A stretch of 64,000 nucleotides of DNA, taken from assembly GCF_964204865.1 (NCBI RefSeq), contig NC_135257.1:14756001-14820000 (forward strand), written 5' to 3'. The position numbers and the translations under genes are program-made. The DNA is from Styela clava (taxonomy: Eukaryota). Position 1 is the first letter of the stretch. Each line of letters begins with the position of its first letter. Positions 40,401-51,136 of the stretch are shown piece by piece. Below the pieces are notes generated by a model, which saw only the letters and a list, made by a program, of their open reading frames with translations, searched no databases and was not told the origin of the DNA.

Positions 40401-43400
40401 ATTGTCACAAGTCGGAAAAATAACTCATACTTTATCCCGCTTAATTTGGATAATGGTTGGTATTTAAAAGTATGGGCGTTTTACTAGGATGATTTTGTGT
40501 TGCGCAAATATAGTCAAATCCATCATCGATACCACTATTGCCGAATTAATTTAATTCTGTTAACATGACTCGTGGAGTCATGGTATATAAAATAAATACT
40601 GCAATAATCTGCAAATATGAAATGCCTGGTAGTATAGCTAGGTTGTAACTTGTAGATAGCAGTTATTCCATTGTTTATTGTATGGAAATTCCTACATACA
40701 TTTAGATAAGCTTCAATTAGTGGATTTTATTTTCGAAGTATTCGAAATTTCATATTCGGAAAAAATAATTTCGAATGTATTCGAAATAGTGAACTATTCG
40801 GTATTGGCCATCCCTGATTGTGACATAAATACAGCTCTGAGCAAAAAATGCTAGTTCGAAAAGTTCTTAAGGAAAGAATGAAGAGTTTGAAAATGGGTAA
40901 AGGAGGGAATGTGTTAAAAAAGGCTGGGTGGGAATCGTTGCTCTGAACAAAAGTCGGATTCACCAATCACCACTACAATTAAATCAAAAGCATTTAATAG
41001 CACAACAAACCTTAGAAATAAAACATCAGAATATGCTATGAGAGTTTGAAGTATAATGACTAAAAAAAACCTTTTAATCATAAATCATTCATGAATTATA
41101 AGTTAAAGAAATTGGATGACAATAAAAAACCTGCTCAAACTTAATAGCCTATGAGATATTACAATGTCTCGATTCAGATTTATCGTGAATAAAAAAAAAA
41201 CCAAGTCAACAAAAAATGCCCTAACTCACCCTTTTCAGGTCTAGTAAGTTCAAATCCTTAGCAGATTTTGATCCTGAATTTTTGTAGAAGTTTTGTACTG
41301 GAAATAAGAAAATAAGAAATCATAAATAAATTGGGTTGTAAGCAATATATTATTTAAACTTATCCTTAGGGCTGGGGAAAATATTCGAATAATGAATAGA
41401 GAATGGTATTTTACTATTCATGGCAATTTCTCATAGCTGCAGCCTAAATTACTACCATAATGGATGGAGCTGAAGATACCAGAAATTATAGCGACTTCTA
41501 AATAACCATCTAATATTTTTTTCACATTTCCAATACTCCATATATTATAAATCTATACTTTTCAGCAGAATATTTATTTTTTACGTTTTGAGTCTCTCTT
41601 CAGCGAAACTGCATTTGAGTTAGGTTTCATGGTAGATGTCACACCAAAATACCACCTCAATGTCTATGGAGTCGAAGATGGAGCTTTTGACGTGAAAAGT
41701 GAAGCTTCGCAGCTGGAGTCGTTATTTCAAACCAGCTTCCTGATTACCACCCAATGATAATTACCTGAATAACTTCTATTTATTCCTGGTTTTGTCTCCC
41801 TCACAGTGTTTGGCTTAGGAAGAATTTTTGAATCCTTTTGCCAAGAATTTTGATGTTTCTGAAAATAGAAAGTTGAGTGAAATTTATCAAAGTTAACAGA
41901 AAAAAAGATCTCACATAATGTCAAAAAGCTTCCTAATCAAAATAAGTTGGGTTCTAGACAGCCGCAAAGATCTTACCAGTTCTCTGTTTTTATTACTTGA
42001 ATTATTTGTTGAATATGGGTTGTATTGATCATTGGTTGACATCTTCAATAATGGTGAATGTGGCCTGTTGAAAGTAAAGTATAAATATTTGATTATATTG
42101 GATGGGTGTTAAATTCAGTTGTTGTACAGATTGGAAATAAAATCATTAAGAACAGAAGGAAAGAACACCCAAATGAAATATTAAATTTTATTAGAGTGTG
42201 ACAGTAGTTCACTATTGATAATCAGCAAGCACCCGTGGCATTCTTTCTACTGAACTTCATAGCTCTCTGGTGGCATGCTTCTATCTTCTGCAGACATAAG
42301 CAGCAATGTAATTATTGGGTATACATGGTGACTAAAAATTGATTGTCATACATATCCTTTTTGCTTAAGCTTAACTGAAGTTATTTATTGGATGCAAGTT
42401 TGTAATTAGAAGCACAGGCTTGACGAGAAATACTAGAGGAGAAGATTCCTCATGATATTTTATTCAAAAGATACTCATACCAAATACACTAATATTCTTT
42501 TTTTTTGTGATGACATGCAATATTTTTACAATCATTCTTGACTTTTGCATTTCACTAGAATAAACGACCTATTACGGAAAAAAGATTCATTAGGTATAAG
42601 TACAATATGCCTGCAGTAAAATTTTAAACAAGATAATATTCACCTGACAGTTGCCAATGATGAAAGTATATCTGTTACTGGAGAAAGTGGAGAAGCGCAA
42701 TTCCTATGATAAATCTTCTGATGTTGCGGTAAAACCGTGATTGTCATTTTATCAGTATATCCTGAATTATTGTTCTTGTCACTGAAAATATTCTCAGAAA
42801 CAGGCAGTATAGTGGCCGTAGGAATTATATCAGCCTCCTTTTCAGCAGACTCGATAAATAGACTCCCGAGATTGAGTCCTGATGAGGGTGGTGCTTGAAG
42901 CTTCTGTCTACTCTCGACTTTTGTAACGATACGAACCTGAGGACTGCCAGGATTTGAGTTTATAGTCCTAATTTCATTACCTGCAACCTTTCTGACAACA
43001 GTTATAGGTTGGGTTTTAACAACGTTTGCAACATTATTGAAAATTATCGGTGAGTTTCTTGTTGTTGCGAGTGTTGATACTCTCACACTACCAGCTGGAA
43101 CTTCTATTTTATGGGGAACACTTGGCCCATTCTTTCTCATAATTGGAATAAGAATTTTTTTGCCACCAACAGTTACTTTAGCATAAGTATTTTTTGCTTC
43201 TGTGTTGGTTAGAGCCACTTTTGGAGTTTGTGAAAATGATGCTGTCGGTAATGTTATTGGTATTACGTTTGACAGAGGCTGTTGCACTGGTGACATTTGT
43301 TTCACACTAGTGGGAATTGTAGTAATATTTCCAGCAGGAGTTATAGATGTGGTTGAAACGATAGTCCTTTTGATAATGATAGGTTTTTTGATGCCAGTAC

Positions 43401-45201
43401 TTGTTATATTGAGAGGTAGTCTGATGATATTTGGTTTCCCTTTGGCATCTAAAAAAATGAATAGTATCCAATATTAACAAATAAAAAATTCAAGCTAAGT
43501 TGCAACAATATGCAATCTATCTCATTTTCAAGAACAGTGGCTCCCAACCGACGGACTGTTAAAACTAATAAAATATGTTCGCTGGACAGCAACAAAATAT
43601 TGAAGCAGAAAAAAAAACTGAATTAGCGTAATAAAAACAATGTTTTTGCACCCTTAGTGCGTCAATTGGGAACCACTTTTTTGGAATATCAATTATATCA
43701 AAGTTTAAACTTAGGTAGTAAAATAACAAAGTACCGATAATATATTTTCACTGGTTAATCCATGCTGGGATATAGGTGGCATGTCTGATTTTTGAATACA
43801 TTCTAATGAAATTTAAAATCTAAAAAATACTGTAAATTAATTTATACATCGAGAAGTAGTTTGTTAAAACTAGTATTACTTTGTAAAATATGAGTGCAAA
43901 GGCCAAGTTATGACAAAAAAATACTTGATTTTTTTTCAAATTTTTTTTACTTTAAATGTTGTCAGTATCACATAAACAGAATCACAATCTGATAAAGATA
44001 TTTAACCTATATTACAAACAAAAAAGCAACCTGCAGCTGTTTTTATAATTGGAACTTTTATAATTTTCTTTCCCTGTTGTGTAATTGTGATTATTTTTGG
44101 CGATGCTGGTTTTGAACCAAGATTTACTAGGGTGGGTTTCACAGTGGCTTGTGGAGTGCTGACCAGATGAGATGATGCCTGTAAAAAAAGGTAGCATGCA
44201 ATTACGAATTATTTACAAGTAAAAAATAGAAACACAAAGATAGAAAGACAGTGTTATCACTCACTGACACCTGTTCATTTCCACTAATTGTTGACGATGA
44301 TGCTTCAAACGACAGACCTAAATATATAAATTATTTAATTATTTATTTACAACATGGGAAAATGAATGAAATTTTCATAAAAAAATAAGTTGTTAAGTTA
44401 AAAAAGAGATTTAGAGTGTGTATTCATAAAATATAATTTATTGCGCATATATTTGATAAAAGTGACTTCCAGATGATAAATTATTCAAATGTTTATACAA
44501 AGTATGCTGTTACATTTTTTGGGTAGCCTGCAGAACAGTGGTTTTCAACCTTTTTGGCGAAATTATCTACAGACTTAAGAAACCTTTTTTGTCTTTTATT
44601 GTCTGATTTGACTGACTATAAATATATTGGCTATAAAAGCTAACCCAATAAGATTCAAACATTTTACATATAGTATTTTCGACTCTAGGATTCGAATGGA
44701 AACTTCGAACCCCTGAACTGTAATGGCGGAACCCCCGATTGAAAACCACTGCCATACTAGTTTAAAATACAAATCTGGACTAGACGACAAATAATAGAAA
44801 AGATTATAGTTGGTGACATTGGGTCAGTAGAAGAATTTTTTTTACAAATGATGAGGATATTCCAGAGAGAACAAAACTTTTGTGCAAAGCATCCTAGCTT
44901 GATGAAACCATTGGGTACAATCATACACAAACAGAAATTCAAGTGTATAAAAAAATATACTTTGTTTTTAGAATTAGGAAATTCGTGAATATGTTTTTTT
45001 TTTGAATCACCCTGTATATTATATATAAAGCAAAAAATATGTACCAGAGTTTTGTAAACTCTCAAGAAGATTGTCTGTTTGATTTCCAATAATTTCCTCA
45101 TCTTGATTCGAGTCAAGAGTTGATAAACCACTTTGGTTCAAGGCGGCAAAAAGTAGATCCTGGGATGTTGCTGACGAAACTTCATCAAGTTCTTGGGACA
45201 T
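19446..45201 (-). CDS. SBNO1: Strawberry notch homolog (SBNO1/2), multi-exon DExH helicase-like nuclear protein
   Basis: First coding exon 45045-45201 ([13 protein letters not shown], like the SBNO1 N-terminus). Later exons encode [113 protein letters not shown] and GLLIPSSCV (20018-20166). Last exon 19446-19556 ends in TAA. Confidence 0.95.
20495..20730. mobile_element. 236-bp MITE with long TIRs
   Basis: TIR GGTGCTCCCGAAGTATGCGAACCAAGATG..CATCTTGGTTAGCATACTTCGGGAGCCCC; inner inverted GGTTAGGGTTAGGC/GCCTAACCCTAACC; near-TSD GTAATTTC/GAAATTTC; near-identical copy at 58655. Confidence 0.9.
23700..24465 (-). mobile_element. tRNA-derived SINE copy interrupted by a hAT MITE
   Basis: Similar to 46055-46325, 28842-29190 and 53605-53830 (ATATTTATCC.GG.GAGAG.AAAG, CATGGAC.TGATGGTGGAGGAA, CATAATTATCCCC). 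Confidence 0.7.
23924..24411. mobile_element. hAT-type MITE
   Basis: TIRs CAGGGATGGCGAACC / GGTTCGCCATCCCTG; perfect 8-bp TSD CCCTACGG. Confidence 0.92.
24785..24919. repeat. 27-bp minisatellite x5
   Basis: Unit GTTTGATTACAGTGTCCCTAATAGGAC repeated five times with one substitution. Confidence 0.95.
25394..26792. mobile_element. piggyBac-like non-autonomous element
   Basis: TTAA|CCCTTTTCTCCCC ... GGGGAATATAGGG|TTAA; internal ~65-bp direct repeats (about 25697 and 25944) and a short tandem repeat at about 25830-25878; no transposase ORF. Confidence 0.65.
27178..27479. mobile_element. hAT/Charlie-like MITE
   Basis: CAGTGTATTCCAACC ... GGTTGGGAACCGCTG; degenerate TSD ACATACAAG/ACATACAG. Confidence 0.65.
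28130..28320. repeat. Degenerate ~30-35 bp tandem array with a GGTCAG core
   Basis: About 6-7 units resembling CAATTAGGGTCAGCGAAATATGGCCAGTGTGTGTC; a related unit lies at 24750-24790. Confidence 0.7.
28842..29190 (-). mobile_element. tRNA-derived SINE copy
   Basis: AATAGGATTTTCATATTTATCCTGATGGAGAGGAAAG ... GTCCAGCAATCCTCT ... AATCAGAGATGTGATGG shared with the other copies. Confidence 0.7.
29803..30099. mobile_element. Degenerate hAT-like MITE
   Basis: CAGAGTTTCTCAAACT ... AGTTTGAGAAAGTCTG inverted termini; no clear TSD. Confidence 0.55.
30703..31026. mobile_element. Two adjacent degenerate members of the YY1/telomere-motif MITE family
   Basis: AAGTATGCGCACCAAGATGGCG, CCAGGTTAGGGTTGGGCCATAATTTT and CACATACTTCTGGAGCACC. 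Confidence 0.7.
32750..32905 (+). mobile_element. Internally deleted SINE copy in the opposite orientation
   Basis: Reverse-complement similarity to the SINE ends (GTGGTTCGTCATATGATTAAGC...CCAGGGACAAATATGAAAATTCTA). Confidence 0.55.
34448..35097 (-). other. U12-type (minor spliceosome) GT-AG intron of SBNO
   Basis: Donor GTC|GTATCCTTT; branch site TATCCTTGAC with the A about 14 nt from the AG; no polypyrimidine tract; joins FDGV|IIFDECH in phase 0. Confidence 0.92.
38275..40816. mobile_element. Non-autonomous hAT element (outer) in an SBNO intron
   Basis: TIRs CAGGGTTGTCCAA / TTGGCCATCCCTG; perfect TSD ATTGTGAC; subterminal ATTCGAAT arrays at both ends. Confidence 0.9.
38876..39948. mobile_element. 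Non-autonomous hAT element (inner, nested)
   Basis: Perfect TIRs TAGGGCTGTCCAA / TTGGACAGCCCTA; perfect TSD TTTACCGC; subterminal CGAAT/ATTCG arrays. Confidence 0.92.
44537..44751. mobile_element. hAT/Charlie-like MITE
   Basis: CAGTGGTTTTCAA ... TTGAAAACCACTG perfect 13-bp TIR; TSD not evident. Confidence 0.7.
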
Positions 45202-46054
45202 TTGTTAACAAAACTTTCAAAGAATTTTATAATCCAAAGATTAGTTGATGTAACACTTGACCAAAAATATGGGGAATTAGAAATTACACCAGCACACAGA
45301 ATTTTGCTTAATAAATTATCTACAGATATAAATCTTTGAGTACTAAAATATAAAAATCAAATGATGAAAAACATTAAATTAGGCCAGGGCTTCCCAAACT
45401 AGGGGCCGCAAAAAGGATTTTGAGGGCTGCAAAGAGAACACCAATTTTACACAAAGTACTAACTATATCTATGGTACTTATTTCAGACTCTTGATTCAAA
45501 ATACAATTAATAAAAATAGTTTAAAACAAAATTTCACGATTCTGAGTGAAAACATCTTCATACCGTGTTTCTCAGAAAATAAGACAGCGTCTTTATATAC
45601 AGAATATGAATACTGGTTTCCATTTATATATAAACAGCACGTTTTGATTTAAAATAACTGCTACATATAGATTAATAACCATTTAAAAAGTAGATTTCTT
45701 GCTATCGTCTAGGACTCAGTGGTTCTCGAACTTCATTGTATTGTGAAGCCCTCCAAAAATATGCTCAGGCTGCGACTCCACGTGAAAATACCTATTGTTT
45801 AATACTTTTCAATAAAAGACCTTTTTGCTATGAATTTCATATAAACGAACAAACAAAAGCTAACGACAGTCAGTGAAATCACATCTAATGGACCATTGGT
45901 AGAAAAGCCTGCTTTATATAATCGCAAAGGGGATAGCAGTTTGCAACGCTTTTTGAAACGAGGATAAATTATATTTATCCACAGATTTTTCGTATAGGTG
46001 TGTCCCCCTGATAATTTGGCGCCACACAAACCGCTGACTTATGGTGAGTTGAAT

Positions 46055-46325
46055 AGGATTTACATATTTATCCTGGGGAGAGGAAAGTCGATAAGACGGC
46101 TTAACCATATGGCGAACCACGGACTGTCGTCCGGTTACTATTCCCTGTCGGGTATGGAATTAGTTAGTTATTTGTCTTCGGAAGCATGGACTTGATGGTG
46201 GAGGAAGCGGTAACCGACTATCGGCAGATCGGTTACGTGAACCACCCTACAGCGGCGAGGAGTCCAGCAATCTTCTCGCCCATAACTATCCCCGCATGGG
46301 ATTCGAATTTGCGAACCCACATCAT
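46055..46325 (-). mobile_element. tRNA-derived SINE, best-preserved copy
   Basis: GGGATTCGAATTTGCGAACCCAC is a reverse-complement B-box-like TTCGAATCCC; the body is shared with at least five other loci in the window. Confidence 0.75.
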
Positions 46326-46899
46326 GCTTAGCCCGATGAGCCACACAGCAGAGTTAAAAAAATTCTGGATAAGGACCATGCTGTCGGTGACCAGACATTG
46401 TAATTCATCATTTAGGTCTGCATAAACAAACATTGAGCTACGGCTGGACTTGCTATACAGCAAAAAGCATCCGCACCCATTATCAAATATGCATATTTCG
46501 AACTGTTTGGCATTTTTAACGTTAACAGGCGCCACGAAAAATATTAATATATTAAAATGGGCCGCGAGCTCAAAAGTTTGGTTAGACTATATTACCAGAC
46601 AAATCATTCCAAAATATAATGCGTTTAGTTGTGTGTAACTTCAGTGCAATTCACGACTCCGCCACTAGTAAGAAGGAATTATTGAGATATGACTGATCCA
46701 AATTCCTCTAACATACTGCTGTACAAACATAATATTGCTATTTTCTCGGGTTACAATAAGACGAATGATATTGAAGTTGACTAGGCTATCTATTGTCTAG
46801 ATCCAGAGATCTGGAGTCTAATAACACCGTCTTCTATTCTAGGTCAGTAGGTTCTGGCAGCAAAATAGTTTGTGATAGTACCTTAGTAATTATCACAAT

Positions 46900-47260
46900 G
46901 ACCAGATGACAGACCGACGGACCTATACCAATAAACTTCGGTTCGCCAAATCATATTTTTTGAGAAAAATATATATTAATTCCCGATGAGCATTGCGCAA
47001 CACCGCGCAATCACCAGAAACACCCTGAAGATGAAAAATTCCGAATGCGACCTCCTCCGCGCGACGCTGTTCGTCGAATGTGCTGCCTTTCAGTTTCACG
47101 TGACGATTTTCTGCTTGAATGATTTTAGGCTTCTTCTCATTGTTGCTTTTCTGTCAGTGACGTCGCACACTTGTTCGAGAAATTGTTGCCAGGCTTCAGG
47201 CGTATAATAGGTTCGTTTCTGTTTTATAATCAGCGTACTAAACGGCAAAATAGTTGAAAC
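46900..47260. promoter_or_regulatory. Candidate bidirectional promoter for SBNO (-) and SERF (+)
   Basis: CpG-enriched segment between divergent genes, with TCACGTGAC (47096), GTGACGTC (about 47157) and TTGCGCAA motifs. Confidence 0.45.
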
Positions 47261-48333
47261 GAGTAGACGATAGAATAAAATAAGTGGAAAACAAAATGAA
47301 TAAAACTGATTACGGATTCGGGAGAGCAAACAAAACTGAAAAATCAAATGGATGATAAATAAATTCATGGAATGTAATAACAATCTGACAATTGGAACTA
47401 TAGTGGGTGGGGACATTTAGTCAATGCGTTATGATAAAAAACATTGCTTTTTTGACTTGTTCTAACATATTAAAAAAGGTATGGATAGTGGATACATATA
47501 TATTAGATTAAAGGTGTTGTCAAAAGAAGACAAGTAGCGTATTCAGCTATTAGTTCAGTTATTATGAATAATCAAAATGTTGCATACCGGTACCGGTACG
47601 GTACCGCTACTTTTGATTTTAAATAATGGAAATGCCTAATACAGCAATGAGGTGTCTACTATAAAATTTGATTTACTGATATACATTTTTAATTTCTGTA
47701 TTTAACATTCATATATATCGGTATAAAATTATGATTACTCTTTGCTGCGACTGCAAAATAATAAATTTTTTCTGAAAAAATAAGTATTCTGTAATTTCTG
47801 GGCTATTTCAATCCATTTAAAGAATAAGTTTATGGTTTTTCGATCCGTTCCAGACGACTTTCTTAAACATGGACAGTAGGCTACCACTAGCTAATGGCCA
47901 ATTTTATGCATCAGCAATAAAAAATATAGAGAATCAGTTCTTATCTACCAAACAATGCTATTTGTGAAACTTGGATGCCTAAGTGTTGAATACTGACGTG
48001 GGATGTGTATAAAACATTGAATAGTCATAATAGCGAGTTTGTCATAATTTCAGAAACAATTTTAAGGGATAGTTAAACATATATATAAATATAAAATAAT
48101 GATTATGGACTTCACAGAGTTACATCTATCTCTCTATCCATAGCTACACTTCATGTTTTTTGTTATATCTATTTAGTAAACATATTATACTTGATCATCC
48201 ATTGTATTGCTTTGGTGACGAGGATTCTGATTGAAGCTCAACTGTCAACATTGACATACGCATACTAGCATCGGCTGTCTGATGACTGTATTTGGACCAG
48301 GTCTGTGAGGTCAAAGAAGAACTAACAACAATC

Positions 48334-49041
48334 ATGACAAGTGAGTGTACTTTTCTGCTTTTTGAATGCTTGTTCATACATTTTGCTTTGAACAAGGCCC
48401 TACACAAGCAGTCACTGATATTTAAGGAGCTACCATTATTTGGAAGTACTGTATTTCCTACCCAATTTTTATACCCGGTTGGAATGGGATTCAAACCGAC
48501 ATGTTTGACCTGCAATGCCATAACAGATAACGTTTCTTGATTTATATTTTCCAGGGGGAAATCAGAGGGAACTTGCTCGTAAGAAGAACCAAAAAAAACA
48601 AGCTGACATAGCAAGGGGCAAAAACAAGGAGTCAGGTGTGTCTAAAGAGAAGCGTATGCAAAGGTAAAATGTGATTCATTACGAAGTCCTTTGATATCTT
48701 GGCATGTTTGAATGTGCAATAAAGTCACGACATCCAGATAGTTTTATTTCAACAAAATGCCCAGATTCAGCTTATCAACAAATAATATGGTATCTAATTT
48801 TCTAAATATCTCTAGTCTAATATTTCATTTCTTATCAGGTTTTTCTCCCGTGTATAAAACAAGATACAATTTGGAGAGAATTTTCGGGTGTTTTGATGTC
48901 ACTGACCTGCTTTATTATACGAAGTAATAAACCCCTAATTTGACATTATACTATATTCACAGTGATGCAGATATTATGCGGCAAAAACAACTTGCAAGTC
49001 AAGCGAAGAAAGACACAGGAGGAGCCAGTACCTCTAAATAG
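48334..49041 (+). CDS. SERF: Small EDRK-rich factor, 64 aa; join(48334..48340,48555..48663,48963..49041)
   Basis: Spliced product MTRGNQRELARKKNQKKQADIARGKNKESGVSKEKRMQSDADIMRQKQLASQAKKDTGGASTSK; 7-nt first coding exon ATGACAA|GTGAGT; canonical splice sites. Confidence 0.95.
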
Positions 49042-51136
49042 CAGTCTGATATTTAGAATATCAAATGCAAGGACATTGCTAATGTTTTGTAAAAAATAAT
49101 ATTTTGTATAATTAAAATGAAATTATCCAAATTACTGGCAACTGAATTCAGCTTGGTATTACCCCAGATAGCCTGTGCTCAACACAATCATTCGTATCAT
49201 ATTCTTTATTCTGTGTTTACTGCAACAGTTTGCCAAGCTAATGATAGGTTTAATTTTTGAAGTGCATAACAAGGGTAGGCCTACATGTCTTGTATAAAAT
49301 TTTGGCAGTATTTGTATTATGAATATTATGGTTTCACAGTAACTCACATGACAACATCTCTGCCACGTTGCTGCCAAATACTGGAATCTGGTTATATCGC
49401 TTTTAAATGCAAGAAATATACTTATGCATATCTACTATGCCAATTGTACAAATATAATCTGGAACCTTATCTGTTGTATGTTTTCCAGTAAGTAAGATTT
49501 TTTAGTAGCGACCAGAGGGAGTGATGAATATGCAAGGTTAGATTGGCACATTTTCGTTTGAAGTAATTAAAGAATCACCAGAAGGCCTTCATACAAAAAA
49601 TTTTAAATATCATTTGATGACCTGCAGCCACTTTCTTGTAAAAACCCAATCTGTCTCAACAATCCTAGACCTAACAATGTTTTCTAAAATGATCGATCTC
49701 AATTGGCTTGAATCTGTCGATTCTGTGTAAATGAACAAGCCCCAATGAAGTCCAACACATTCTTACAGGCATATATTTATTATGTGAAGGAAAAAATATC
49801 AGACATTTAATTGCAAAAACAGACCACCAACAAAAAGGGAACGTAAATTAGTGCACAACCCGCCGTAAACCTTATTCTAAAAGTATTTGTCAGGTAACGT
49901 TCAGTTCATCAATAAACGGTAGGTGTATGTATCAAAAATTGGCCCGAAATGCATTAATAAACCACATTACAAACAGGAATATCAAACAACTTTCATGCGA
50001 AACGATCAACACTATGCTCGTTTGGTTTTCTTATAAAACTCCGGATTGAATAAGGCAAGTGTAGTCTGTTGAACGTAAACGCTATTTCAAACCATTCAGA
50101 AGGATGACTGATGTTGTTGCACATACTACGGCAGTACCCAATTTTCATCAAATTTATAGCTTACATGTAGTTTACACAAAGTGCCCGTAAATCACCTCAG
50201 CTCATATTTTTTTTAAAAATGTTTGTGTTATTAGATACCACTGGTGACTGAAAACTTGATCACTTTAAATTTATCTTGAAGCTCTCTGTTGAAACATGAG
50301 TAAGACACCTTGAATGGTTTAATTAGTCTTATTATATAAACTTTTGATAAACCACTCCAAGAATGTTTAAGACCGGTGAAGCACAATTTATGCTTGGATC
50401 CTTTAAACATAGCAATGAAGAACCTAATGTCATATCATGATTTATGTTGAACAATCTGGATTAGCAGAATATTTAGAATTACACTATCATTGAAAAGAGA
50501 ACATACAAAAAGATTAAAAAAATGCAATATAACAATGATTATTACATATATTAAAAGTGATTACAAAAATGATAAAGAATCAATGAATAGTATACATCCT
50601 GATGCCTGCAGTGCACTGCTATGTAAACTTGGACAATAATAACTCCTTTTCAAGTATGGCTGGATTTTTATCGAAATCCAACACAAGGTGCAATTTAAAA
50701 ACACTAAGCCCACATTACACCATAACAGTGCTTTTGTACCCTTCATTCAAGATTATCATTACGTGCTACTAACAGGAATGAAGTAAATCAACTCATATTG
50801 TTGCTGTCCTGAGATGATGATATGATAAACATTATTTGCAATAAATTTGATTAGCTTTTTCTTTATAGTTTTTGTAAAATTTTGGCATCTACAAAGTCAT
50901 AAAGAAGATAATAATAAGATGAGGCTGCATTATTAAGAGATATTTACAAACATGAACAATAAGATGACAACAAAGTTTTCTTGATTTTCTGAACTATCAA
51001 AGTCCAAAGAAATGAGCCTCATGCACACATTTCCACTGCATAGTTATTATAAATTTGTCTCTCTTAACATGAATGCAGTTAATAAAATGCAATAAGCTAT
51101 TATATATACACCAATTTCTGACTTTCAGTGATGAAT

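Noticed and set aside
48195-48290. Possible C/D-box snoRNA upstream of SERF (GTGACGA...CTGA...CTGA)
   Set aside because: The C box is imperfect, there is no clear terminal stem, and I cannot identify an rRNA-complementary guide.
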